The notes: generated from the letters alone by a model not told the origin. 58,403 nucleotides of DNA from a virus (IMGVR_UViG_3300023283_000094:1-58403), one strand, 5' to 3'; counted from the stretch's first letter, positions 19,682 through 28,627 are shown. Numbers and translations are program-made.

Positions 19682-20059
19682 CTACCTCGCAATCTGCTTG
19701 GCAACCAACAACAACACAGCATATGCAACACGTCGCACCTCACAACGAAACCTGGCATACGCGTCTGGCGGCTCATAGTCTGGGTCGGGCAGCGGCTCGA
19801 TAAAAAGCACGCCGTCCGACAGACCATAATACTCACACAGTTGGCCGAGTGACGTGACACCACATATATCAACGATACCGTACGGAGATTCTACGACCCT
19901 GTGTATGTCATTATCCCACCCACAATACGATACACTCGCCATTCCCCACCCGGTGATATCTTCCAGTTCGCGTGCCAGTTCCCGACAGTTACCGTTACGA
20001 TACCCATATACCGCGCTTTCGGTGATCAGGCTGGGTGCCTTGACGCCGTTTATCTTCAT
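19682..20059 (-). CDS. hypothetical protein with possible Cys-His-Asp triad
   Basis: YRNGNCRELA...GW...IHRVV...VDICG. Confidence 0.55.
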   Translation of the reverse strand: MKINGVKAPSLITESAVYGYRNGNCRELARELEDITGWGMASVSYCGWDNDIHRVVESPYGIVDICGVTSLGQLCEYYGLSDGVLFIEPLPDPDYEPPDAYARFRCEVRRVAYAVLLLVAKQIAR

Positions 20060-20736
20060 CCGTATTCCTCCAATAAGTCGTCGATACCCCCGTCGATATT
20101 GTGGACCGTTTCGCCTTCAGACAGCGCTCTTTTAATATATGACGGGGCTTTATTGCCCGCATGTACCAAAACACCGTCGTCCGTTTCCAGCCACGTTCTG
20201 TAACCCGGGGTGCGCGTATAGACCGGCCTGTATCCCCACCGTTCAAACGCGCGAGTTTCTACCTCCTGGAACACCGAATCGTGTGCGGTTTTGGCACCAC
20301 GTGCACGTGCCTCAAAATGTGCGGTTTCATGTACGGCGACCAGCCTCCAATAATGGAAGCCGTCCAGTGTAGCACGTGCCCGTATATATTCGCTGTCGGT
20401 GTTGAACATCCATCGTGCCAATACCGTGTATCCCCTGTCGACGTATGCCCACCCCGCATTACTGGTAATATCCTTGACGACGACTCTTGGCGGGTTGATA
20501 CCGATATAATGTGCGGTTTTATTGACGACAGCCTGCGCTTCGTTGTTCAGTTCCGGGTATGCACGCGACCCGCGCGGGCTACCGCGCCACGCAGATATGA
20601 TTTTACGGTTGATTCTGTCGCGTCGACTATTGCCGTTGCCCGTATGCGGTAGTTTGGGTATCGCAACTTTAGTTACGTCAACACCCAACTTGCCAAACAG
20701 GTCCTGCAGTTGTGGGTCCATTGTTGGCTCTATCAA
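20056..20736 (-). CDS. SprT-like HExxH zinc metallopeptidase
   Basis: AGWA, AVHETAH...AHDSVF. Confidence 0.7.
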   Translation of the reverse strand: MIEPTMDPQLQDLFGKLGVDVTKVAIPKLPHTGNGNSRRDRINRKIISAWRGSPRGSRAYPELNNEAQAVVNKTAHYIGINPPRVVVKDITSNAGWAYVDRGYTVLARWMFNTDSEYIRARATLDGFHYWRLVAVHETAHFEARARGAKTAHDSVFQEVETRAFERWGYRPVYTRTPGYRTWLETDDGVLVHAGNKAPSYIKRALSEGETVHNIDGGIDDLLEEYG

Positions 20737-21116
20737 TCAAACGAGACACGGTGCGGCCCACAACCATATGGACAGCAATATGCGCGGTGACCGCCGTTAG
20801 AGCACCGGCGATCTTGCTCCATGAAGTTCCAGATATAGTCGGCCAGTTGACCGCGCGACATGTCACGCGAATCCTGCCGAAACTCCTGGTATATCGTTGT
20901 ATCAAACAGTGTGGATCGCGGTGCGTCTATACCCGACTCATAAAGCATTTTACGGTACGTCTGTATTTCGGACCAGATTACCTCCAGCGTTTCCCTGTCG
21001 AGTGACGCAACATTGCGTCTGGCGTTATCGTATGCTTCCTGTGTGTGACTCCACGACCAGGTCACCTGAACCCCCGGGGTTATGTACAGTATGATCCGCG
21101 ACCAACGATACAGCAA
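20733..21116 (-). CDS. hypothetical phage protein (start likely GTG near 21065)
   Basis: WSWSHTQEAY...CSNGG..AYCCPYGC..H. Confidence 0.55.
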   Translation of the reverse strand: MLYRWSRIILYITPGVQVTWSWSHTQEAYDNARRNVASLDRETLEVIWSEIQTYRKMLYESGIDAPRSTLFDTTIYQEFRQDSRDMSRGQLADYIWNFMEQDRRCSNGGHRAYCCPYGCGPHRVSFD

Positions 21117-21158
21117 ACCGGGACACAGGATTCGAACCCATGTCCCGGTAAAATGATA

Positions 21159-21455
21159 CTACGCAGAAATCGGCTCCCGATCACCGCCAGAAGCCTCAGA
21201 TTCCTCCGTAGCCGCCTCCGACGGCGTATCCTCCAAGTACTCCGCCAGGAGATCGTCCACGCTGTCAGCGTCGTCCTCGCGCACCTCAGCGGCACTCACG
21301 ATAAGTACCGGCCTGTTGCGTACGGTGACCACGATCTCGCTAAAGTTACCGCGACTCTCAGCGTTACGCAGTACCGTAGCGATACGCTCGAAGTTCCGGA
21401 AGTCTCCCGCAGCGATTAACGGGCGGCCCTGTTCGTCGGTTCTGATGGTAGACAT
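21159..21455 (-). CDS. acidic hypothetical protein with SVDDLLAEY motif
   Basis: GGGAG RBS, ATG 21455. Confidence 0.6.
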   Translation of the reverse strand: MSTIRTDEQGRPLIAAGDFRNFERIATVLRNAESRGNFSEIVVTVRNRPVLIVSAAEVREDDADSVDDLLAEYLEDTPSEAATEESEASGGDREPISA

Positions 21456-21540
21456 GATACATACTCCCTTAGTGGAAAATGAACAACGGCGTCGTATTTT
21501 AGTTGGTAGCCCAACGCCACAGGCATTGACGGTATCTTTC

Positions 21541-21768
21541 CTAGAACATGTGGTCGTACGGCGACCCACATTGTTCCAGAATATGCTCACCCTGTTTAGT
21601 GAGCGCGACGGCTTTCCCCATCATACCTTCACCGTCATAACACCACACGATATGTGATGTGGGGTTCATGCCGAATTCGTTGATCCAGTGCTGGAACGCG
21701 GGTTGTGGTAGTGCCAGGTCGAAACTTTCTAGTCCTTTGTCGCGAGCGCGCTGCGATGCTGTCCTCAT
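21541..21768 (-). CDS. hypothetical protein
   Basis: GGGAGG RBS. Confidence 0.55.
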   Translation of the reverse strand: MRTASQRARDKGLESFDLALPQPAFQHWINEFGMNPTSHIVWCYDGEGMMGKAVALTKQGEHILEQCGSPYDHMF

Positions 21769-21770
21769 AG

Positions 21771-22340
21771 CTACCTCCCGTAAATGTGGAGATTATCGTG
21801 TACACCCATCCACCGCTTCATCGGGTAGGTTTTACATAGCTTATACCCCCCATATTCGAGGTTATCAAAAAACCGATCACTCGCACAACAACCGCCGCGA
21901 CCCTCACCTATATAGATTATGGTGTTGCCGCGATAGAGATCCAATGCGCTGCTTGCGTTACCGCACGGCCATACCAACATCAACGTATGGTCGCTATGTC
22001 GTGTCAGTATTGTTTCATCGCCGTACTCGACCGGGAACCACGGTTCGCCGCCACAACAAAACTTATTGTCATGTGTGTGTGGTGGCATGCTATCATATGC
22101 AACGACATTGACATCCATCTGTTGCAGTAGATACGCCCAATATCCACGGCCCGCGCCAAGGTCTACTATGGGACCATATGTAGCGATAATATCAAGTTCC
22201 GTTTGTGTGGGGATGGCCCACGAATATCGCTTACACATGTCAAACCGTTGTGTAAAACCTTGTAGATACGACGATACAGATACACCACAACTTTCCTCCA
22301 GGTTGACCACCTCACGTAGATACGGGTTGCATACCTTCAT
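21771..22340 (-). CDS. class I SAM-dependent methyltransferase-like protein
   Basis: YSWAIP, IVDLGAGRGYW, VVAYD, LMLVWP, IIYIGE. Confidence 0.8.
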   Translation of the reverse strand: MKVCNPYLREVVNLEESCGVSVSSYLQGFTQRFDMCKRYSWAIPTQTELDIIATYGPIVDLGAGRGYWAYLLQQMDVNVVAYDSMPPHTHDNKFCCGGEPWFPVEYGDETILTRHSDHTLMLVWPCGNASSALDLYRGNTIIYIGEGRGGCCASDRFFDNLEYGGYKLCKTYPMKRWMGVHDNLHIYGR

Positions 22341-22343
22341 GTG

Positions 22344-22571
22344 TCACTGCTTTTCCCAGCCACGTACCTGCATACACTCTTCGTACTTTTTCTTGGCCAC
22401 GAAGATATTGAATTCGCCCGTCAGGTTCCTGCTACGCTGTTCGGCCTCTATCCTACATTCGTGGCTATCGAGCTCGAACATGGACGCACCTTTGTTCTGG
22501 TGCCCCCATGTCGCACCAGAACACGCACCCAACCCAACAGCGATAACCGCGACACCCGCCATCTTGTTCAT
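22344..22571 (-). CDS. putative lipoprotein
   Basis: MNK-hydrophobic-LGAC lipobox; two further Cys. Confidence 0.65.
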   Translation of the reverse strand: MNKMAGVAVIAVGLGACSGATWGHQNKGASMFELDSHECRIEAEQRSRNLTGEFNIFVAKKKYEECMQVRGWEKQ

Positions 22572-22574
22572 GTT

Positions 22575-22844
22575 TTATTCTCCGTATAATCGTGATAGTT
22601 CGTTGGCCCACCATATAACAGTTTGCGCTGCGTCTACTGTTAGTGGGTGGCCCGGATCTTCGTGTACAAACGGTATCGATATAACCGTATCGCCGTTTGT
22701 ATGTTGTACCAGCGCCTCGCCGTGCCCGAACCTACCACCGTCGGGCACATATACTGCTACGTACGGACCACGCGGGCTACCGGCATATTCATATGTCACG
22801 ATACACCCACCCTGTCGTCGACGACAACAACGTGCGCACCGCAC
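22575..22844 (-). CDS. hypothetical protein (start likely GTG near 22799)
   Basis: Packed co-directional ORF. Confidence 0.45.
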   Translation of the reverse strand: MRCARCCRRRQGGCIVTYEYAGSPRGPYVAVYVPDGGRFGHGEALVQHTNGDTVISIPFVHEDPGHPLTVDAAQTVIWWANELSRLYGE

Positions 22845-23029
22845 ACCTCTTCACCGCCGTCCAAGCACAACCACCCGGACATGATCTCTGCGTCGCAGAT
22901 ATCGCAATATCCGGGCAACTGCATCGCCAGAAGATCGACGTCGAACTGTCGCCACAGATTGCCGTGCTGGTCGGTACCCTGCTTGACGGCGATACCCGCT
23001 ACGTCGTGTAACTCGATCGCGTTTGACAT
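22796..23029 (-). CDS. small Zn-binding protein
   Basis: GGGGA RBS; CDIC...C...CGAH. Confidence 0.55.
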   Translation of the reverse strand: MSNAIELHDVAGIAVKQGTDQHGNLWRQFDVDLLAMQLPGYCDICDAEIMSGWLCLDGGEEVCGAHVVVVDDRVGVS

Positions 23030-23061
23030 GGTGTATCCCCCTTTTGTGGTGCGTGGCAGTA

Positions 23062-23202
23062 TTACGCGTTGACTTTTTCCTTTTCGCGCTGCGGCTTTCT
23101 GTCGGGTTCCTTGTCGGGCACGCGACGCGGTTCGTACGGTGACGCCACTTCCTTTTCGTGTGGCACTACGATGAACCGCCTGATCTCTTCACCGGCCGAC
23201 AT
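23062..23202 (-). CDS. 46-aa Pro/Glu/Lys-rich peptide
   Basis: MSAGEEIRRFIVVP...EP..VPDKEPDRKP; GAGGA RBS. Confidence 0.55.
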   Translation of the reverse strand: MSAGEEIRRFIVVPHEKEVASPYEPRRVPDKEPDRKPQREKEKVNA

Positions 23203-23758
23203 AATCCTCTGCCTCCTGTGGAATGGATTCTCGGGTACCAAACGAAACCTCACAGCGATACTTATCGCCGAGACAAGATGCAATATATTCTGCGTCGTCC
23301 CACAGATCGTGGTGCCGAAGCATCCACAACCGCTCCACCACTATCTTCTGTGCACGATACGCTACTTCACATTCGATCACTTCACCTACGAGTGATACCA
23401 GCCCGAAGACAGGCATGTTGTCTATCGTGTTCGTGTGCCGCTGACGTATTATCCACGCCTTGAGTGTCCCATTACAAAGTGGGTACGAATGAATGCCCGC
23501 ATTTTTTGTTCCCCAATTCAGCGCAGTACACACCGGACCATCGTACATGTTCCAGTGTGCCTCCATGGACATATCGGCACCCGCCTCCTTGACATAATAA
23601 TCGAATTGTGGTATGAGTCTCGTATCGTGGCATAGTTCCAGTACCCTGTCGCGCGTACTATGGTGCGACGTGACAATATCATTGCCATTGTCTCGCGGAT
23701 GGTACAGGTAGAATCGCTTGAGGCCGTATACCGGACCCTGCACTATATCTTTAGACAT
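23189..23758 (-). CDS. GxVSxxGxVxEC-family protein, paralogue 2
   Basis: MSKDIVQGPVY aligns with neighbour's MDMDIVHGPVY; GLVSLVGEVIEC..YRAQK. Confidence 0.7.
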   Translation of the reverse strand: MSKDIVQGPVYGLKRFYLYHPRDNGNDIVTSHHSTRDRVLELCHDTRLIPQFDYYVKEAGADMSMEAHWNMYDGPVCTALNWGTKNAGIHSYPLCNGTLKAWIIRQRHTNTIDNMPVFGLVSLVGEVIECEVAYRAQKIVVERLWMLRHHDLWDDAEYIASCLGDKYRCEVSFGTRESIPQEAEDYVGR

Positions 23759-24305
23759 GATTCTCCGTGCGCGAACGTACATAATCCCTGGCAGAATCCA
23801 ATGCTTCGTCTGGGGGTACCGGACCGTCAACATCACATCGGTATCTGTCCTGCAGGTCGCTGCGTAGTCGATCGCTGAACCGTATGTCATCAAGCCACAA
23901 CTTTTCAATTACTATTTTCTCTGCACGATATGTATAGCGTTCACATTCGATCACTTCACCCAACATCGATACAATCCCCGTTACGCGGAAGTTGTAGCAC
24001 TGTGTATACGGTATCGCGTAACCTTTTGTGACGTGCAAACAATGGAATCCCGGCGCCCACTCTATGTTACCCGTCGTACAATCTCCTACTGGTTCTGGCG
24101 CGTCCCAATTTACTGCATGTGCCACGGGACTGTCATATACACCGTACAGATGTTTTTTGTATGACCTTGCGTACATGTTCCGGTGATGCCACGTGTGTAA
24201 CGGTAGCAGTATCGATTTCTCCGGCGGGTCCCCACTAATACCGGCATCGTGGCACCCGAAGAACTTGAAGGCGTATACCGGACCGTGTACTATATCCATG
24301 TCCAT
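23751..24305 (-). CDS. GxVSxxGxVxEC-family protein, paralogue 3
   Basis: GFHC, GIVSMLGEVIEC...YRAEK, DRYRCDV. Confidence 0.7.
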   Translation of the reverse strand: MDMDIVHGPVYAFKFFGCHDAGISGDPPEKSILLPLHTWHHRNMYARSYKKHLYGVYDSPVAHAVNWDAPEPVGDCTTGNIEWAPGFHCLHVTKGYAIPYTQCYNFRVTGIVSMLGEVIECERYTYRAEKIVIEKLWLDDIRFSDRLRSDLQDRYRCDVDGPVPPDEALDSARDYVRSRTENHV

Positions 24306-24331
24306 AGAATTCTAGCCCGTCAGGGTACCGA

Positions 24332-24343
24332 AAATTCTAGCTG
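24332..24343. repeat. AAATTCTAGCTG copy (partial copy at 24308-24316)
   Basis: Read directly, intergenic. Confidence 0.8.
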
Positions 24344-24371
24344 AAATCCGCACACCGCGTATTGTGCATAA

Positions 24372-24809
24372 TTATGCGGCATCTCGCTCTGCGGCGTCAG
24401 TAAGAAAGTTGCACGTGCACGCATCAACCAGATACACGGGATCGATGGCACTACCAATATTATGATATTGTGTTGCGAGATAGTTCTCGTGGTACCCATC
24501 GATAGTGTCGTAGGTTGCCAGCGCAGTCACGATCTTGCCGCCAGGTCGCCTGTCGAACATTTCATCGAAAAAATGCTTGAACCCGTGCCAGCATACAGCG
24601 TTGATTCTTGTAACCGGGCGATAACCGCGCAGACCCGACTGTCCGTATCGCCGGAAGTTGTTGGGATCGTTGTCGATATCCGGGTACAGTTTGATGTGAT
24701 ACGTACCGTTACCGCGCCGCGAATCTGCCAACTTTTCGTAGTCTACTTTTACGCCCACAATATTGGCAGACTCAATGATATCATTTTGCTGGAAACTGTA
24801 AGCCTTCAT
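24372..24809 (-). CDS. hypothetical phage protein
   Basis: GAGG RBS; INAVCWHG...ACTC. Confidence 0.6.
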   Translation of the reverse strand: MKAYSFQQNDIIESANIVGVKVDYEKLADSRRGNGTYHIKLYPDIDNDPNNFRRYGQSGLRGYRPVTRINAVCWHGFKHFFDEMFDRRPGGKIVTALATYDTIDGYHENYLATQYHNIGSAIDPVYLVDACTCNFLTDAAERDAA

Positions 24810-24926
24810 TTTGCTAACCTCTCGGTAAGGTTGATATCTCCCCGCCCCGCAGCCTGGCGGACACTACTTACAACACCGTAACACCTGATACCCCAAACAA
24901 AGTAGTAGCTCGAACTTACCCCCAAG

Positions 24927-25112
24927 TTATGTCACTTTCGCGAGCGTTTTTCTGCGACACGAATTGCACATACTGCTGATTGACGCAGCGACGGGATTCA
25001 TGGGCACTCCACAGCTACAGCACTTATAGCGTTTGCCGCTACATTCCAGACAAACGTTATCCTTGTTGGACGTGCGGCCGGTACCGTTACAATGTTGACA
25101 AGTTGCCATCAC
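24927..25112 (-). CDS. small Cys-rich protein
   Basis: Four CxxC pairs. Confidence 0.5.
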   Translation of the reverse strand: MMATCQHCNGTGRTSNKDNVCLECSGKRYKCCSCGVPMNPVAASISSMCNSCRRKTLAKVT

Positions 25113-25348
25113 AAACCTTTCTGCAATCTCATCACAATGGTTTCACTGTCTTTACGCGACAATCCGTATGCCACGAGACTACGCAACAGATCGAGCGCAA
25201 GCGCCCGATCCATCTGTCGTCCATACAGGCTGGAGTGGTCGGTATCCCAATCCACGAAATCACCCAGAAGTTGTGCCAACCGTCCCAGCTCTTGTTCTGT
25301 CATGATAGTGTACCCTTGTTTGTAGTGAAAAGAGCTCCCGACAAACAT
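25109..25348 (-). CDS. hypothetical protein
   Basis: Co-directional; start likely MTEQEL. Confidence 0.45.
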   Translation of the reverse strand: MFVGSSFHYKQGYTIMTEQELGRLAQLLGDFVDWDTDHSSLYGRQMDRALALDLLRSLVAYGLSRKDSETIVMRLQKGL

Positions 25349-25360
25349 CGATACCTATAA

Positions 25361-25445
25361 ACGGGCGGACGGGGTTCGAACCCGCACACTCTACGACACA
25401 ATCGTGGGCCTTACCGTACACATAGTATGTTAGACCACCGCCCGT
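25361..25445 (-). ncRNA. tRNA-like element with enlarged D-loop (possible TGT anticodon)
   Basis: Acceptor CGGGCGG/CCGCCCG, D-stem GTCT/AGGC, T-arm GCGGG-TTCGAAC-CCCGT; irregular anticodon arm. Confidence 0.6.
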
Positions 25446-25459
25446 TACATTACATCACA

Positions 25460-25624
25460 TTACTTGCCCTCCTTTTCGTACGCGATCGCCTTGGACAACC
25501 AGTCTTCCGCCTTGTCCGTCTTGCCCTGCGACTCCCACAACAGCGCGGCGGCGAAAGCCTGCCTACACCTTTTCGGCAAGTCTTCGACACCGGGTGCGGC
25601 AAGATACTCCGACAGCTTGGCCAT
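25460..25624 (-). CDS. 54-aa hypothetical protein
   Basis: MAKLSEYLAAPG...EKEGK; GGGGGTG RBS. Confidence 0.55.
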   Translation of the reverse strand: MAKLSEYLAAPGVEDLPKRCRQAFAAALLWESQGKTDKAEDWLSKAIAYEKEGK

Positions 25625-26020
25625 AACTTTTACTCACCCCCTTTCAGTATGATTATGGGTTATAGGTTACCGGCTTTTGCGCCGGTCTATCTCGCGAAAG
25701 AGCAGTGTTTTTCGTGTCACCATTCTCTCAAGAAGTTCCGTATACTTCTTTGTGTCCTTGCCCGCCGCGTTACGTCTCTGTAAAGCGATCAACAGTCTTA
25801 CCTTATCGTTCACTGTCGCCTCCGGTATGATTGTTCAAGCTATCCCCATCAGAATGAACGGTGAAGTACAACCCTCGAAACACTTACCGTCGTACTCAAC
25901 CCGGTGGCCATGCGGACAGATAAGTACTGCTCCGTTCAGTACCGACCATTCCGGATACTGTTCCGCGAGGATTTCGGCCGCCATTTCAGCGTAACGCATG
26001 TCGCGCTCCCCGGGTAAAGA

Positions 26021-26233
26021 TTAGTAGCCCAACCAATCCAGTACTTCACCACCGATATACTCGTCCTGGTCGCCCACTTCCTTGACGAACCGTTGCCACG
26101 TCTCGCAGTCAGACGAAAAGCTTTCGTGCTGCGTACAGGCGTCGTCATTGAAGATGCAATGTGTGATAACGAACATCCTGGCACGTTTCTTACTGATAAC
26201 TGCCTCGCATGCGTCGTCGTAGTTGTCGTACAT
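26021..26233 (-). CDS. hypothetical phage protein
   Basis: TAATG coupling; ends VLDWLGY. Confidence 0.55.
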   Translation of the reverse strand: MYDNYDDACEAVISKKRARMFVITHCIFNDDACTQHESFSSDCETWQRFVKEVGDQDEYIGGEVLDWLGY

Positions 26234-26712
26234 TATTCCACCCCGTATATCTCAAGGAGCTCGTCGATCGACACACCACCGGAACTATCAGACTTTTGTG
26301 TGCTTGTCGGCTTTTTCTTGCGCGAATTCCGACCGTTGCCCGCCGCGATCAATTCATCGACTTTATTGTCGACCCAATCGGGCCACGGTTCGTCGTACTT
26401 TTTCTCGCGCGGCTTGATAACGTCGTCTTGATGTTGGACGCGAAACTTCTGTATCTGTGACCACGCCCATTCGACCAGAAGTTGTACCGATTCGTCGTGC
26501 GTCGGAACGCCAAACTGACTGATAGGTGCCCAGTCGACATGTCGCGCAATAATCCGCACAACACGTCCGGTACCGTCTTTGTTGTCGTGGAACGCAATAC
26601 GCAGGCTAGCGTCGGGGATGGAATCGTTGCAGATACTGCTCTTGAAGTCTCGCACTTCCTGGCGAGTAAGATCGATGGCAACTAGATCGTGGTAGATCCG
26701 CTCAACCTTCAT
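26233..26712 (-). CDS. hypothetical protein ending SIDELLEIYGVE
   Basis: 159-aa ORF, coupled to next gene. Confidence 0.6.
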   Translation of the reverse strand: MKVERIYHDLVAIDLTRQEVRDFKSSICNDSIPDASLRIAFHDNKDGTGRVVRIIARHVDWAPISQFGVPTHDESVQLLVEWAWSQIQKFRVQHQDDVIKPREKKYDEPWPDWVDNKVDELIAAGNGRNSRKKKPTSTQKSDSSGGVSIDELLEIYGVE

Positions 26713-26842
26713 ACTGATATGTCCGTTGGAGTAACGCCCGCAACTTCATATCAAGTAACAACGTTTGGTACCATAGGTTCGCGCTCCTTGTATCTGTATA
26801 CACTACGGGGCCCGGAAGGTTCCACTACCGAAATAATGCCAA

Positions 26843-27208
26843 TCAGTTGCTGGCCCGATAGACCAGAGTACCGTACACGATATTGAACAGTTCGCTGTCC
26901 GTCAAGTCCCCGCGCATCCTGTCGGCGACAGTTTTCCACGCTTCGTCCCAGTAGTAGTCGGCCCACATCAACAGAACTTCTGGCCTACCGTTGGGGCTGC
27001 CGGTGGCCAGGTATTCCAGGATCTCGTTGGCCACGTAGTTGCGCCCTTCGCCGGTCAACGGGATCGGCAAAAGATCCTCGCACTCGATGCAATGGTGTGG
27101 TACGTCAGACTCGCCAACGAACAGTTCGTCACCTTTACGCGAACACCGGTCACAAACCGTGTCGCCGTACGGGGTAACATACCCGGTACTTGCTATTGCG
27201 ATAGTCAT
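26843..27208 (-). CDS. hypothetical Zn-ribbon protein
   Basis: GGGGAGG RBS; CDRC...ESDVPHHCIEC...LTGEG. Confidence 0.6.
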   Translation of the reverse strand: MTIAIASTGYVTPYGDTVCDRCSRKGDELFVGESDVPHHCIECEDLLPIPLTGEGRNYVANEILEYLATGSPNGRPEVLLMWADYYWDEAWKTVADRMRGDLTDSELFNIVYGTLVYRASN

Positions 27209-27241
27209 TGCAATACCTCCCCCTGAAGATTAATGATCAGT

Positions 27242-27457
27242 TCACCATCGTACTCGCGTCCACCTGTCCACAATATGCGGATTGTTCTGCATCCACCGCT
27301 TGACAGAAGTTGTCCAGAACTTCGAGATGGGCACGTTGCGAATATTGTCGTAGGGGCAACCTGGAAACAGACACCAGAATTCGCCTTCCAGTTCGGCAAC
27401 TTGCGCAGCACAATAGGGGCAGCGATTGTGCGGGTCCACCACGTCGGTAATTGCCAT
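27242..27457 (-). CDS. small Zn-ribbon protein
   Basis: CPYC...C...C. Confidence 0.5.
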   Translation of the reverse strand: MAITDVVDPHNRCPYCAAQVAELEGEFWCLFPGCPYDNIRNVPISKFWTTSVKRWMQNNPHIVDRWTRVRW

Positions 27458-27481
27458 GTTTCTAGCCTATCGGTGGGTGGA

Positions 27482-27517
27482 AAATTCTAGCTGAAATTCT
27501 AGCTGAAATTCTAGCTG
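27482..27517. repeat. three perfect tandem AAATTCTAGCTG
   Basis: Read directly, just after the stop of 27520-27873. Confidence 0.92.
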
Positions 27518-27519
27518 GT

Positions 27520-27873
27520 TCATCCATCGATCGCAAACCGATCCAATAGATCTTGCCACACCTTTCTGTTGCGCGACCGGCGCGACGAACGGTGGCCCAA
27601 CCCGTTATCGGAACCCATGATCGACTCGCCGTCCAACAAACGCTTCACGTCGCCCAACAGCAACGTACGCTTGCTCCGGGACAATCCGGTCGGTGACCGC
27701 GTGCCATAAACTTCGCACCACGCTTCACGCGCCTTATCGCACGCGCAAATGCTGATAGTTATATCGGGCAGCGTGGGCTCCGATATGCCGCGTTCTTCGA
27801 GATTGTCGGCGACAAACTTGAGCGCATCATATCGTGCTGACAATTGTGCCTCCGTGCTGAAGTGAATCCTCAC
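27520..27873 (-). CDS. hypothetical protein
   Basis: GTG start with GGTGG RBS. Confidence 0.55.
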   Translation of the reverse strand: MRIHFSTEAQLSARYDALKFVADNLEERGISEPTLPDITISICACDKAREAWCEVYGTRSPTGLSRSKRTLLLGDVKRLLDGESIMGSDNGLGHRSSRRSRNRKVWQDLLDRFAIDG

Positions 27874-28213
27874 ACAACCACCGAAACGTTACGCTATCTT
27901 TGACGATAACGTAACGTAAAACTTCTGTCATATACTATTGTAAACTGTCGATAACTATTTTGGTGACCGTAGCACAGTTATTTTGCTCCACGTTACTGAT
28001 TGTGAAAATATTTCACCCTGGCAACTTTTTGCATGCAAAATTTACATGCAATTTTTTCCTGACATTTTGACATGTGTGCAACTTTTTCACTGTCATTATG
28101 TCATGACATTCTGGCGGTGCCAGGGTGGCATGCTGCATGCCAGAATGTCACGTAGGAAAAAGTTTCATATCTTGGCAACGTATTGTGAAAAGTTTGCATA
28201 TCGATATGCACAA

Positions 28214-28244
28214 AGATACGGGGCGCGATATGCGCCCCGTATCT
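28214..28244 (-). terminator. intrinsic terminator-like hairpin
   Basis: 13-bp stem AGATACGGGGCGC/GCGCCCCGTATCT just after the stop at 28259. Confidence 0.6.
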
Positions 28245-28258
28245 CTGTTACTCTGAGC

Positions 28259-28627
28259 TCAGTTGTTGTCGTCTCCCTCGATCGAGTCGTCGTCCTGGCC
28301 ACCGCTCGCGTAGATCGCGAGCAGCTCGTCCGCTGACGTTGCCTGCTGCGCCTCGGATACGTCCGTGTCGAGCCGGATGACGAGCGGATATCCTCCGCCG
28401 CGCACACGCCGGCCGTTCTTCGTGACGTGGACCTCGGGCTCGATATCGCGGAAACCCTGCTGGCGCAACACTTTGCGCATGCCCGCGAGGATCGATGCCA
28501 GCTTGTCCGCGCCGGTGTCGCTCCGCAGGTCGGTCGTCGACACGGAGAGTCCCTCTACCGTCTCGATCTCCTGCCCTGTCTCCGGCGACACGCGCGTCCG
28601 CGTCAGTAGCTCCGGTCCATCCGCCAT
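28259..28627 (-). CDS. acidic hypothetical protein with SADELLAIY motif
   Basis: GGAGGA RBS, ATG 28627, GC3-rich codons. Confidence 0.7.
   Translation of the reverse strand: MADGPELLTRTRVSPETGQEIETVEGLSVSTTDLRSDTGADKLASILAGMRKVLRQQGFRDIEPEVHVTKNGRRVRGGGYPLVIRLDTDVSEAQQATSADELLAIYASGGQDDDSIEGDDNN

Noticed and set aside
28019-28033. Additional sigma-54 promoter TGGCAACTTTTTGCA
   Set aside because: GG-to-GC spacing is 9, not the required 10
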